Source: the human T2T-CHM13v2.0 reference genome, Homo sapiens. Taken from it: 64,000 bases of DNA. Numbering within the stretch: the first letter of the stretch is position 1; every line of letters starts with the position of its first letter. Below the pieces are notes generated by a model. That model was given only the letters and a program-made list of their open reading frames with translations. It did not search any database and was not told the DNA's origin. The stretch lies in assembly GCF_009914755.1 (NCBI RefSeq), contig NC_060928.1. One strand, written 5' to 3'. This document shows positions 42,753-56,689 of the stretch, piece by piece. The translations under genes and the position numbers were made by a program.

Positions 42753-43180
42753 CTCACTTTAGATACTAACCCCTTATCAGATGTATGCTTTTTAAATATT
42801 TATCCCTATCTGTAGGTTGCTTTTCACTCTGTTGTTTCCTTTGCTATGCAAAGCTCTTTTATTTGGTGTAATTCCACTTAACTATTTTTGCTTTTGTTGC
42901 CTGTGCTTTTGATGTCATATTTAAGAAATGCTTGCCAAGGCCAATCTAAAGAAGCTCTTTCCCTATGAATTCTTCTAGGAATATTATAGTTTCAGGTCTT
43001 ATGTTTAGTCTTTAAGCCATTTTGAGTTGATTTTTGCATATGGTATAAAATAAGGGTCCAATGTATTCTTTTGCATGTGAATATCCAGTTTTTCCAACAC
43101 CATTTGTTGAAGAGACTATCTTTTCTTTATTGTGTATTCTTGGTACTCTTGTCAAAGATCTATTGGCCATATGTGTGTGA

Positions 43181-43479
<299 letters not shown>

Positions 43480-44501
43480 ATAGATGAACTTATTTCTGGG
43501 CTCTCTAATCTCTTCCATTAGTTTCCATGGCTTTCCGTGTGACAGTTTCAGTTCCACACTCTTTTAATTACTGTAACTTTGTAATATGTTTTGAAATTAG
43601 AAAGTGAAATGCTTCCAGCTTTGTTCTTTTTCCTTAAGCCTGTTTTGGCTATTCAGAGTCCTTTGTGGTTTCAGAGTGGTTTGAAGCCACCATGTGAACA
43701 AGAGTGTGAGCCACCATGCTCAGCAATCATGAATTTTGAGATTGTTTTTCCTATTTCTGCAAAAAATGCCAATGGGATTTTGATAGGGATTGAATCAAAT
43801 CTGTAGATTGCTTTGGGTAATGGGGACATTTTGACAATATTAAGTCTTCCTATCCATGAACATAGATGTCTTGCTATTTATTTCTTCTTCAATTTCTTCC
43901 AGCAATGTTTTGTAGTTTTCAGTGTATAAATTTTTTCTCCTCAGTTAAGTTCATTCCTGAGCATTTCATTTTTTGATGCTATTATAAATTGGATTGTTTC
44001 TTAATTTCCTTTTTAGGTATTTGGTTGTTAACATATGGAGACACAACTGAGTTTTGCATGTTGATTTTGTATCCTGTGACTTTAATAAATTAATTTAATA
44101 GTTTTAACAGTTTTTCTTTTAAAAGAAAACCTTTAGGGCTTTCTACATATAAGATCACATCATCCATAAACAAAGATAGTTTTATTTCTTCTTTTCTAAT
44201 TTGGATGCCTGTTACTTTCTTTTCTTGCTTAATTTCTCTGGCTAGCACTTCTGGCATTATATTAAATAGAAGTGGCAAAGTGGGCATCCTTGCCTTAGAT
44301 CCTCTAAGAACAAAGATCTTAGAGGAAAAGCTTTCAGTATTTTTACCATTGAGTTTGATGTTAGTTGTGGGATTTTTATATGTGGCCTTCACTATGTTGA
44401 GATAATTTCTATGCTTAATTTATTGAGTGTTTTTATCATGAAAGGGTGTTGAATTTTGTCAAATATTTTGCTGTATTTATTGAGATGCTCATGTAATTTT
44501 T

Positions 44502-44791
<290 letters not shown>

Positions 44792-44990
44792 ATCATGTAA
44801 TTTTTATCCTTCTTTCTGTTAATGTGGAGTATCACATTGATTGATTTTTTATATGTTGAACCATCTGGCATCCTAGGATAAATTTCACTTGGTCATGTTG
44901 TATGATACTTTTAATGTGCCATTGAATTCAGTTTGTTAGTACTTTGTTCAGGATTTTTGCTTTTATATTCATCAGGGATATCGTCTGTAG

Positions 44991-45200
44991 TTTTCTTCTT
45001 CTTCTTCCTTCTTCTTCTTCTCCTCCTCCTCCTCCTCCTCCCCCTCCTCCTCCTCCTCCTCCTCCTCCTCTTCTTCTTCTTCTTCTTCTTCTTCTTCTTC
45101 TTTTCTTCTTCTTCTTCTTCTTCTTCTTCTTCCTGTTCTTCTTCTTCCTCTTCTTCTTCCTTCTTGTTCTTCCTCTTTTTTTTTTTTTTTTTTTTTTTTT
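44991..45200. repeat. Compound (TTC)n(TCC)n(TTC)n-T25 polypyrimidine tract
   Basis: 210 nt containing only two purines. Confidence 0.97.
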
Positions 45201-48200
45201 GCAGTGTCTTTGTGTGGCTTTGGTATCAAGGTAATTCTGGCCTCACAAAATGAGGCTGTAAGTATTCCTTTCTCTTCAGTTTTTTGTAAGGGTTTGCGAA
45301 GGATTGGTTTCAATTCTTCCTTAATGTTCTGGCAGAATTAACCCATGAAGTCATCTGATCCTGGGCTTTCCCTTCTTGAGAGGTTTATGATGACTGATTC
45401 CATCTGCTTACTTGTTATTCATCTGTTGAGTTTTTTTATTTCTTCATAGTTCATACTTGGTAGGTTGCATGTTTCTAAGACATTAGCTGTTTCTTCATGG
45501 TTGTCCAATTTTTTGACATATGCTTCTTTATAGTAGTCTCATATAATCCTTTGAATTTCTGTGGTATCAGTAAGGTCTCTACTTTTACTTCTAATTTTAT
45601 TTATTTGAGTCTTTTTTTCTCAGTTTATCTAAGGGTTTACCGATTTTGTTGGTCTTTTCAAAAAACCAACTCTTAGTTTCATTGACTTTTAAAATTTTTT
45701 AATTCTCTATTTTATCTATTGCTGTTCATCTTTATTATTTCCCTCCCTCTGCTAACTTTGGATTTTGTTTTTTTTTCTAGTTCCTTGAGGTGCACCATTG
45801 GGTTTTTTTATTTGAAATATATATTTTTTTCTTTTAGAATGTAGGCATTTATCATGATAAACTTTCTTCTTAATACTGCTTTTGCTGTATCCCATAGGTT
45901 TTGGTATATTGTGTTTTAATTTGTATCTTTCTCAAGATATTTTCCAATACTCTTTTTGATTTATTCTCAGACTCACTGGTTGTTCAAGACTGTTTTGTTT
46001 AATTTCCACATATTTGTGAATTTTCTAATTTTTCTCCTGTTATTGATTTCTAGTGTCATTCCATTGTGGTTGGAAAAGATACTTGGTATGATTTCAGTCT
46101 TCTTAAATTTCTTAAAAGTTTTTCGTGACCTAACATGTGATGTATCCTGGAGAGAGTTCTGTGTGTGCTTGAGAAGAATTTGTATTCTGTTGCTCTTGGG
46201 TCAAAAGTTCTGTGTATGTTTGTCAGAACCATTTGGTCCATAATGTTGTTCAGTCATCTGTTTCCTTATTGACTTTCTGTCTGGGAGTTCTATTTGTTAG
46301 TGAAAGTGGGGTACTGAAATCTCTTAACATTATTGTGATATATCTCCCTTCAGCTCTGTCAATATTTCATCATATATTTAGGTACTCTGATGTAGGATAT
46401 ATGCATATATATTAATAATTGTTATACGTTCACAGTGAAATAACACTTTTATGATTATGTATTATACCGCTTTGTCTCTTGTGACAATATTTCACTTAGA
46501 GTCAATTTTGTCTAAGTATGGCCACTCCTGCTCACTTTTGCTTTCCATTTACATGAAACATTTTTCCATCTCTTCAGTTTCAGCCTATGTGTGTGTCTTT
46601 TAATCTAAGTGAGTCTCTTATAGGTAGCATATAATTGGATCATGTATCTTTAAGTTCATTTAGCCACACTATCTCTTTTGATTGGAGAGTTCAATCCACT
46701 TACATTTGAAGCAATTATTGTTAGGGAAGGACTTTCTATTGACATTTTATTAATTGTTTTCTGTCTGCCCTTGTAGCTCTTTTGTCTATCTTTTCCTCTC
46801 TTGCTATCTTTCTTCGTGTTTTATTGATTTTTTATTGTCATGCTTTGATTTCTTTCTTTTGTTTATCTTCTAAAGGATTTTTTTTTAGGTTACCATGTGG
46901 CTTACTTAAGACATCCTTTAGTTATAACAGTCTATTTTAGCTGATAATGACAACTTCAATTGCATAAAAAAACTATACTTTTACCGCGACCTTATGCACA
47001 TTTTATGTTACTGATGTCCCGAAATATGTTTTTAGTGTGTATACATTAACATATTTTAGTAAGCATAGTTTTTAAAATATTTTTTCTTTTAACTCCTATG
47101 TTAGAATTAAGTGATTTACACACCAGCATTAAAAGATTACAGTATTCTGTATTCATCTATATCATTTACCTTTATTAGCAAGTTCTATGTCTATATGTTT
47201 TCATGTTGCTATTTAGGGTCTTTTTGTTTTAACTTGAAGAATTTCCTTTAGCATTTCTTGCAAGGCAGATCTAGAGATTATGACCTCTTATAGCTTTGGT
47301 TTATCTGGTAAAGTCTTCATATTTTATTCATTTTTGAAGGACAGTTTTGCTGGAATAGTAGTCTTAGTTGGCAGTATTCTCTTTCAGTACATTGAATATA
47401 TCATACATTTCTCTCTGGCCTGTGAGGTTTCTGTTGAGACATCTGCTGACAGTTTTGTAGGGCCTCCCTTGGATATAATAAGTTGTTTTTCTCTTATTGC
47501 TTGCAAAATTCTCTCTTTGACTTTGGGTTTTGACAATTAAATTATAATATGTCTTAGTATGAACTTCCTAGGGTTGATCTTACTGGGGCCCCACTGGATA
47601 TCCTGGGTCTGGGTATTTATTTCCTTCTTCAGGTTTGGGAAGGTTTTAGCTATTATTTCTTCGAATAAGCTTTCTTTTTCTTTATCTTTCTTCTTCTCTG
47701 GTACTTCCATAATGCATATGTTGGTCAGCTTGATGATAACCTATAAGTCTCTTAAGCTTTCTTCACTCTTTTTTATTCTCTTCTTTTTTCTTCTTTGCCT
47801 GGATAATTTCAAATGACCTGTCCTGCTGAGTTTGCTGATTATTTGTTCTGCTTGCTCAAGGTTGCTGTTGAATCCCTCTAGTGAATTTTCACATTCAGTT
47901 ATTACTTTCTTTAGCTCCAAAATTTCTGTTTGCTTCTTTTTCATATTTTCCTTATTTTTTTTAAATTTTCAGTTTGTTCATGCATTGTTTTTTCTGAGCT
48001 TATTGAGCATCTTTATGGCAGATTTTTTTTTAAATTTGAATTCTCTGTCAGGTAATTCATAAAATTCCATTTCATTAAGGTCAGATCTTAAAGATTTGTC
48101 TTGTTTTTTCCTTTGGGCCATGCTTTTCTATCCCCATCCCCCGTCCCCTTGAGTCTTTTTGTTTGTGTCTGTGCATTAGAAAAAATAGCCACCTCTCTCA

Positions 48201-49671
48201 GTCTTCAAGAACTGGCCATGTACAGGTAAAGGCCCTCACTATCACCTCAGCCAAATATTCTGGGGGTCTCTCAAGCCTTCTTTGTGTATGCATCTTTTCT
48301 GGACTTGTGCATGTAAATTCCCAATTGGAGGACTTTCTGGTTTTATTTTTCAGGAATTTATAATCTCTTGCTATTTCTGGTGTCCATCTGCTCTGCTGTG
48401 GGCTTTTTAGAGAAACAGCCTGCCCTGAACTCTTTTTATTATTGTTATTGTTGTTCTCAGAGGCTCCCAGACATCTGGAGTAGCCAGAACCTGTGAGCAC
48501 TCCAAAACAGGCAAGATAGAATTCAGTCTGGCTGAATAATGCCTTCAGGCAGCCCCCAGAAAAGTTGGAATATTGGATTTATGGTCTAGCTTCTTTCTTC
48601 CCCAGAGAGAAGCTGGGATTTGGGGATTTCTGCTGGCTCACTCTTTGCTGAGCTGGAGAAGCTGTGGCAAGTGTGTGCATGCTAGTCCAAGCTTCTGCCT
48701 TTGTTCTCAACTGCTTCATATATGTGGCCTTTTGCTGTCAGCATTCAGGCAAGACAGAAAGCAGTCCCTCAGGATGCCTGAAGAAAAGTTAGAGGGTTGA
48801 ACATACAGATCAGTCTCTTTCTTCTCTCCCAAGGAGAAATCTTGGAGTTGAGGGATCATGTGGCACTGTGGCACTGATCATGTGGCCCTGCTCATGGAAT
48901 AGAATTTATTGTGAGAGGGTGCCTCAAATTTTCTTACTGGCTTTGATGATACTGGTTTGCCTTTGCCTGTGGTACAGGAGCTTCTCAAGTGGTTTCCAGA
49001 CTTCTCACAAAGGGAATTTGTCTGGGTGTTGTTGTTAAATTTGTGTGTCCATGGGGGTAAGAAAGGTCCAGGCTTCCTATTCTGCTGTCATGCTCCTGGA
49101 TGATTTTAAACCAGATATTTTTTATGGTTCCATTTCTCTCCTCTCTTAGGATACTGATTATGCATTTTACATAAAAATTTTAAATGATTGTCCTAGAATT
49201 TGCAACTAATCTAAGCCAACTTTCAAATAACATAATACTGCTTTATGAGCAGTGCAGATAGCTTATAACAAAATAATTTCAATTCCTCCCTCCTGTTCCT
49301 CATAATATTCTTGTCATTGAATTGTCAATATACTACAGTCATTCAATGTATTATTGCTATTATTACTTCAAACAGTTATCTATTCTATCAGTTAAGAATA
49401 AGAAGAATATAAGTGTTTTTATCTTAATTTATTCCTTCTCTGATGCTCTTTTTTTCTTTCTATATATCCAAGTTTCTGATTTGTATCATTTCTTTTTCTC
49501 TGACGAACTTCTTTGAACATTTCTTGCAAGGCAAGTCTGCTGATGACAAATTGTCTCAGAGTTTACTTGTTTGGGAAAGTCTTATTTCGACTTAATTATT
49601 GGAGGCTAATTTTGCTGCTCATAGATTTCCAGGTTTTTTTTTTTCTTTCAAAACTTTAAATAATTTACTCC

Positions 49672-50244
49672 TCTGATATTGTGAAATATATATTTGGTCT
49701 TCCTCCATGTTTCCCAGTATATAGATAGCCTTTAAAATCCTTGCACTCTCTTAAGTGATAAGTACCTTTTTGAATGCTAATGAGACGACTGGTGACTGGG
49801 GACTTCTAGATAACCTAAGATTGGGGCTGGTTGCCAGGGGAATCAACCATATGATTAGAGGACTGGAACTTTCAGTCCACCCCCTGACCTCCAGGAAAGG
49901 GAGAGGGGCTCAAGGTTGAGTTGATCACTAATGGCCAATGATGTAATCAATCATATGTATGTGATGGAGCTTCCGTAAAAACCTAAAAGCACTGAGTGGG
50001 TTCAGAGATCTTCTGGGTTGCTGAACACATGAATGTTTCTGGAGAATGGCTCACCTAGGGAAGGCATGGAAGCTCAACATCTTTTCCCACGTATCTTTTG
50101 CCCTGTGCATCTCTTCCATTTGGCTGTTTATCTGTACTCTGTAATATTCTTTATAATAAACCAGTAAACATAAGTGTTTGCCCAAGTTCTGTTAGCCATC
50201 CTAGCAAATTAATCAAACCCAAGGAAAGGGTCTTGGGAATACCC
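49672..50244 (+). mobile_element. MER21B-like LTR, 3'-truncated
   Basis: TGATATTGTGAAATATATATTTGGTCTTC...TGATTAGAGGACTGGAACTTTCAG...AATAAACCAGTAAAC. Confidence 0.85.
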
Positions 50245-51507
50245 AAAAGAGAGGAAAGAGAGAGGGCTGGAGTTCACTAATTGCCTTTTCCTCAGATCAC
50301 ATAAGGCTCTGAAGGACAGATCCTTGTTACAGAGAGCATTCTGAAAAATATTTCAAAACAGTTACATCCCCCTCCTGTAGCCCAAAATGTGAGGGGATTT
50401 TTCTTTGATCTGCACCTTGAAAATCTGTTGGAGTTCCTGGAAGTAAAACCATAAAAATGGGGCCCCTCTAAAATTAGGCCCTCAGGAGGTTTTAGCACTC
50501 AAACTAATACTAAATTTCAGTGATTCAACAAAATTACCATTTAAGTGTTCCTGCCAGTTACTGAATCTAGTGGCTTCAGCTTCAAGTAAGCTGATTTCAG
50601 CCATAACTCTCTGTATTAGCTTGTCTCTAGATTTTAAGGTGCTGATTAGCCCTGTCACCTTAATTCTCTGATGGAACTAAGAAAAGTCATTAATTTGCAG
50701 TTTGTACAGCTTTCGTCCTGTGAGGATGGGAATAATGACTTCAAATCTCTTTTCATATCAGAGTTCAAACTGTAGGTCTCTCCTCATTTTCTTTTAAAAC
50801 TCTTCATAGTATCATGAAATTCCCCTTTATGTCCCAGGCTTGCCTCCAGGGAGTTGCATCTTGTGCTCCTCCCCATGCTAGTTGCTCTCTCATCTTGCTT
50901 CACAGCTGCCATCTCAGTGCTTGGTGCTTCCTTCTTTGCTTTTCTGGATTTATTCCAACATATTTTTTTGGTTCTCATCTTCATTTTGCTATAGTTTATT
51001 TTCACAGCTCTCTAAATAAAGAATATGGGAAATAACTATCTGAGTCTGTATCTGAAAATGTCTCCCAGCACTCAATAATACTGATAAAAATTTTGATGTC
51101 CTTCTGATTTTTGTTCTGAAAGTTTATATTGTTATGTCTAATCTTTAAAAAATAATCCTCTGGAATGAGCACTAAGTATACTCTTTCTCCTACAGTTTTG
51201 TGTACTTTAGCATTGGCATATTCCCTTGAATTCTTTGATAATCTTATTTCTGCTTTCTTAGATATCTCCTTCTGTGACTTGTATTGTTCTGGTTTTAGAC
51301 TTTCTGAATTCATTCTCTACCTGGTTAATCTCTCCCCATTCCCATCTTTTTCTTCTTACTGTACTTTCACAGAAACATTTTCTCAATTATATCTTTCAAA
51401 TATTCTACTAAATTAAAAAATTTTAGTAATCATAATTGAAAATTCCAAGAATTGTTCAATCTTCAATCAGGCATTTTTTTTCTTTTCTTTTTTTTTCTTA
51501 TTGGTCC

Positions 51508-51655
51508 TTTGTTTGTTTGCTTGTTTTTGTTTTGTTTTTGAGACTGGATCTCCCTATGTTACCTAGGCTGGTCTCAAACTCCTGGACTCAAGTGATCCTC
51601 CCATCTTGGCCTCCCAAAGTGCTGGGATTACAGATGTGAGTCACCATGCCTGGCC
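51508..51655 (-). mobile_element. FLAM_C (free left Alu monomer)
   Basis: Single left monomer with a (TTTG)n tail. Confidence 0.82.
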
Positions 51656-52104
51656 TAATTTTTCCTTTTCTGTAACATATTTTGTGTGTTGATGCAATAT
51701 CTCCTCTAAACTTTTTTGTTCTTCCAATAAGATAAGAGGTTTTGTTTAAGTTTTATTCTGTTCCTTTGGATTAAAGGAGGCAAAATATAAAATAAAAAAA
51801 GAATTGTAAAATATTATTAAAAATAAAAATATTATTTTTAAAAGTTTTATTCTATTCTTTAAATATTGTATATTATTTAGGATAATATTTTTCCATTTTT
51901 AAATCTTGGTCTTTCACTTTCATGCTGAAGCTTTCCTCAAATATTTGGTAATCCCTGGTTGTTTATTTATATATTATAATAAAACAGTTATATGTGTTGA
52001 TGAGACTTTTGTTCACATTATAAGAACATATTTGTTCACAGATGGACTTTGCTTTGAGGTGGCCATGCAGGGAGGTTAGTGTTAAACTGGAGAACCTCTA
52101 CATT

Positions 52105-52195
52105 ATAGTTGCCATATTTAACAAATAAAAATATGGGACATACAATTAAATTTGAATTTTAGATAAACAATAAACTATCTTTTAGTATAATGCCA
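52105..52195 (+). mobile_element. MER53 fragment
   Basis: GTTGCCATATTTAACAAATAAAAATATGGGAC..AATTAAATTTGAATTTTAGATAAACAA. Confidence 0.7.
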
Positions 52196-53881
52196 TTATA
52201 TGAAGGTATTTGCTCAGGGCCAGTCAGTTCCTTTTGAGAGGAACCCTCTAATTCTTTGCCTAGGGGCAGAAACTTGACTGTTGAATTTGTGATATGTATA
52301 AGAGTGTACATGTGGGAAAGAGGGGTAGGGTTGGGAGTTGAATGTTCTGTATTTACCCATTTTCAACTGATCCTTATTTCTAGTACCATATCTCACTCCT
52401 GTCCCCTGCCAGACCTTAGATTTCCAAATATAATGTGTCTCTGTGATTCTATGACTATGATGGGTTACCATCTCAACTGCATCTCCGTGAATGCATCTTT
52501 TAGGCAAGAGCTTCCAAACTAATGTGCCCAGGTAGATTACAAATATATCGCAAGATATTGAAAATTTTACACCTTTTATGATGACAAAACTTTCAAAGCA
52601 TTTTCACTATCTTTTAAAAAATTTACAGCAGTTAAATTTTTAGCTAACATTCTTTGACTTTCTGCTTTTGTTACTTGTTACTTTAATGCATATAACTCTA
52701 TGCAGAGCACTGTTTGTCAGAGCAACAGAACATCCAAATTATACAAAATTACTTTTGTAGTGATTTTTTTCAATAAGTTTCTTTATTTTGAGTCCAAGTA
52801 TAAAATTGTAATAGTATAGCAGACCACTTTTGGCTAGTGTGGCATATCATGCAGACCCTTTGGCAAACCAGGCTCAATTTTTTTCTTTCTCAGTCAACTA
52901 GCCTAGGAAATCCCTAGGAGGCCCTGAGTGGAATTACTGAAAGGAGAAAAGACAGCACAGTAAGAGCAGAAACCGTATGTTCATAGGACTTACTTGTGCC
53001 TTTAGGTCTTGCTATAGACCTAAAGCTTGTATATCTCATTTTTACATGCCACCTTTAGGGCTTCCCAGATCACATAACACATGGTTTATGACGAACAGTC
53101 TCATCTCATGCTATGCATCTCACTATTAAGTCTCAGCCTCTATCAAGAAGACTGGCAGGAAGAGCACATCTGTTTTGTATAAGGAAGATATTTATCTTCT
53201 AAAAACAGGCTGATGTGGCTCCAAAATCCTAGAAGTTTATTATGAATCTTCAATCAGGGATTGTCATTGGGTGAATACAAGTCTGTTCTTCCATAGACCT
53301 TTGGATTAATAATAGATCTTCTGGATTCCCCACTCCAATTGCTGGGTTAGGAAGAAGCTTACACTGTAGACTGGGTTCGCGTGAATGTCTTATTGTGGCC
53401 TGGCTTCTACTTAAAGTCGGCAGAAATATATATTATTTATTTAACGAGCTGAAGGAAGACACACATGCAGATATTTTCTCCAAAATTCATAAAAGCCTAC
53501 CCAATGTTACATCTCTGTTTTAGTGATAATGAAGTAAGGTGCAGAACCATTGTCTTTCACTGTAGAGGGGATATCCTGGTATGCCTCAGATTCTGAACTC
53601 CCTGAGGCTTCAAAGAGCTATTAGGAAACTTAATTTCCTGGGGAATTGTCTCTCCAAGTGCCTAGGGTTCCTAACACTCTCTGCTTACTATCTAGGGTAA
53701 CTGCTATTCCCTGCTCATCAGATTCTACCAGCATTATGTCATTAATATAGAGGATCAGCATGATGGCTTATGGAATGGTAAAATAAGGTAAGGTTTTGAA
53801 GACTAACTACAGCACAATGCCAAATTGTTGAAAGGAAGCAATCATGACCGTAACCTTCTGACTCTACTGGCTGAAGAAAAA

Positions 53882-53909
<28 letters not shown>
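53882..53909. repeat. (TG)14 microsatellite
   Basis: Directly visible. Confidence 0.95.
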
Positions 53910-53912
<3 letters not shown>

Positions 53913-54439
53913 TGTAGCATACAAGGTACCAGGAGCCTAGTTTATTTGTTCCATTAAAAAGCTTACATATGTATCAGCAGCTATAAGTGAAGTCATCATC
54001 TGATTAAGTTAATAATAAGCTGTTGATTTTTTTTTTTTTTTTTTTTACTAAGGCTAATCTGTTTTCTACATGATACAAAAGCACAAGTTAGATGGGGACA
54101 GAACAGGATTTACAACTTCAGGATTTTTAAGTACTTGATAGCGGCACTAATATCTGAAATTCCCTCAGGAGTGCAGAATTGATTTTGATTTACTATTTTA
54201 GTAGTAAGGACTTATTCCTGAGGCGCTCAGTTTGCTGTTTCTACCACAATCCTTTTCTTCATAGTTCAGGGATCCAGTGTTGGGATTCTGTCAGTAACTA
54301 AGTATATCTCTTCCAGTTGAGCATTCATGAACGGTGGGAATAAACACAAGTGTGTTCTTAGACACACAAGGCCCACTTTGAGATGAAGTTGAGCCAAAAC
54401 TCTGGTTATCAGTTGACCCCTCAGTATTTCCTTCCTTTC

Positions 54440-54980
54440 TTTTTTTTATTGTGAATGTTATATATTTATTTTTATTATAAATTGATAATTTATAATTATA
54501 TATATTTATGGGATACAAAGTGATGTTATGATTTATGAATACAATATGGAGTAACTAAATCAAGCTAACTGACATATCTATCACCTCAAATACTTATCAC
54601 TTTCTGTGGTGAGAACGTTTGAAATGTACTCTGTTAGCAATTTGGAAATATTTCAAATACACTATTATTAATTATATTCACTATGCTGTGCAATAGACCT
54701 CAAAACCCCCAACAACACCTTATTCTGAGGTTTTGTACTCTTTGTTCATCTTCTCCCTATTTCCCCCACTCCCAGCCTCTGTAACCAGCATTCTACAGAC
54801 TCTCTGCTTCTATGAGTCTGATTGTTCTTGATTCTACATATAAGTGAGAATATTCAGTGTTGGTTGTTTTGTGTCTGATTTATTCAATTTAACAGAATGT
54901 TCACTAATTCCAACCACGTTATTGCAAATAACAGAATTTCCTTATTTTTAAGAGTGAAACACAGTCTATTTTGTATATGT
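54440..54980 (-). mobile_element. L1MA6/7-like 3' end
   Basis: ATCAAGCTAACTGACATATCTATCACCTCAAATACTTATCA...GTGGTGAGAACGTTTGAAAT. Confidence 0.85.
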
Positions 54981-55649
54981 CCTCTCAGGAAATCTAGTTG
55001 GGAGGTGGGTTGTACTTGGTTAGTCTATTTAACATTTCTATTTTCTTATAACATGAAATCCTTTCCTGACAGTATTCTAAGGATTTTTGGCATGTCTAGT
55101 TTATTTAGTGAAAGTATAGTTATATGTATAAATTCTCATTGTGATCTTTAATTCTGTTTCTTCTTCCCTGGCATTCTTAGAATCCTTTTTCTTGATATTC
55201 TCCAGGTTAATAACAATGCAAAATAACAAAACAGTTTAATTATTTTGGTGCATATGCTGTTGACTTTCTGAGTTACTGTTTGTACCATTCTCACCATAAT
55301 ATTTGGGTTTGATTTTGGTTATTAATCTCAAAGCAATGAAAGATGGAAGGAATGAAGCATGAGAAGACTCAACAGCCTATTTAAAATATATCTTGCTCAG
55401 GTAAAGCCATTGAAGACTCTAAGGTAAGGCAAGTCTCTACTCATCAGACAGAGGAAGAACTGTTTCTGCTAACCAGGGTGCCCCCCTCCCTACCATTTTA
55501 GGCAGTTAGAGACCTGGAGTACTCATGGTTATTTTAGTGTCTCCAAATGTCTACATTTAAAATTATCAGGATACCACTCTTTCCCAATTAATATGCTAAA
55601 TTTTCCAGGAAGTATTTTCTTAAATATATATTTTTTAATTTAAAAAAAA

Positions 55650-56327
55650 TATTTTTAAATTGATTATACAATAAAATGTGTATATATTTATCATGTATAA
55701 TATATTGCCTTGAAATACATATGCATTGTGGAATAGCTAAATTGAGCTAATTAACATATGCATTACCTCGCAAACTTATCATTTTTTGTTAGGAGAACAC
55801 TTACAATCTACTCTCTTAGCAACTTTCAAGAATAGAATGCATTATTATTAACTATTGTTACCATGTTGTACAACAGATCTTTTGAACTCATTTCTTATCT
55901 AACTGAAATTTTGTATCTTTTGACCAGCATCTCTTTGATCCTCCCCTCCTTTCCCAGTCCCTGGTAACCACCATTCTATTTTTTATTTCCTTAAATTGAA
56001 CTTTTTTAGATTCTACATATAAGTGAGATTATGCAGTATTTGTGTTTCTGTGCCTGGCTTATTTCACTAACCATAATGTTCTCCAGGTTGGTGTATGTTG
56101 TTGCAAATGACAAGATTTTCTTCATTTTTTTTAGGCTGAATAGTATTCTATTGTGTATATGTACCACATTTTCTTTATCTATTCATCCAATGATGGACAT
56201 TTAGATCGTTTTCATATTCTGGCTATTGTGAATAATGCTGCAATAAACATGAGAGTACAGACATCTCTTTGATGTACTGATTTTATTTCTTTTGAATACA
56301 TACCCAGTAGTGAGATTACTGGATCCA
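55650..56327 (-). mobile_element. L1MA7/8-like 3' end
   Basis: GCTAAATTGAGCTAATTAACATATGCATTACCTC...ATACCCAGTAGTGAGATTACTGGATC. Confidence 0.85.
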
Positions 56328-56689
56328 GAAAGGCTAGATAATCTTGTGAACTGGCTTATGTTAATCATAACCTGAACTGGAATTTTAAATCCTAAACTAG
56401 TTGTTTCATTTTTTATTAGTCTCAGTAATGTAGTTAAAAGTAGAGAACTTCATGAACTTTACATTCTTCATTTTTACCATAGTATTTTATTTTAGTGGCC
56501 ATTTGTTTCATCGAGGCATTGACTCCAAAAGACACTTCATTCCAGGTGACCATGGGCGATAAGTAATTGCTTTACCAATGCATATTATGGATTTCTCTAG
56601 ATCCTACCATTTAGTTTTAGTGGAAGACTATCTCTGCTGAAGCCTAGTTAGATCAGATAGCAAATCTTAGATCGCTCTTTATTTCATAC

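Noticed and set aside
44933-45313. ORFs with poly-L/F/S/P/E runs (96-113 aa)
   Set aside because: They are translations of the TTC/TCC microsatellite
48854-48895. Short direct repeats GATCATGTGGC / TGTGGCAC
   Set aside because: Local slippage duplications in an L1 5' UTR; not an array
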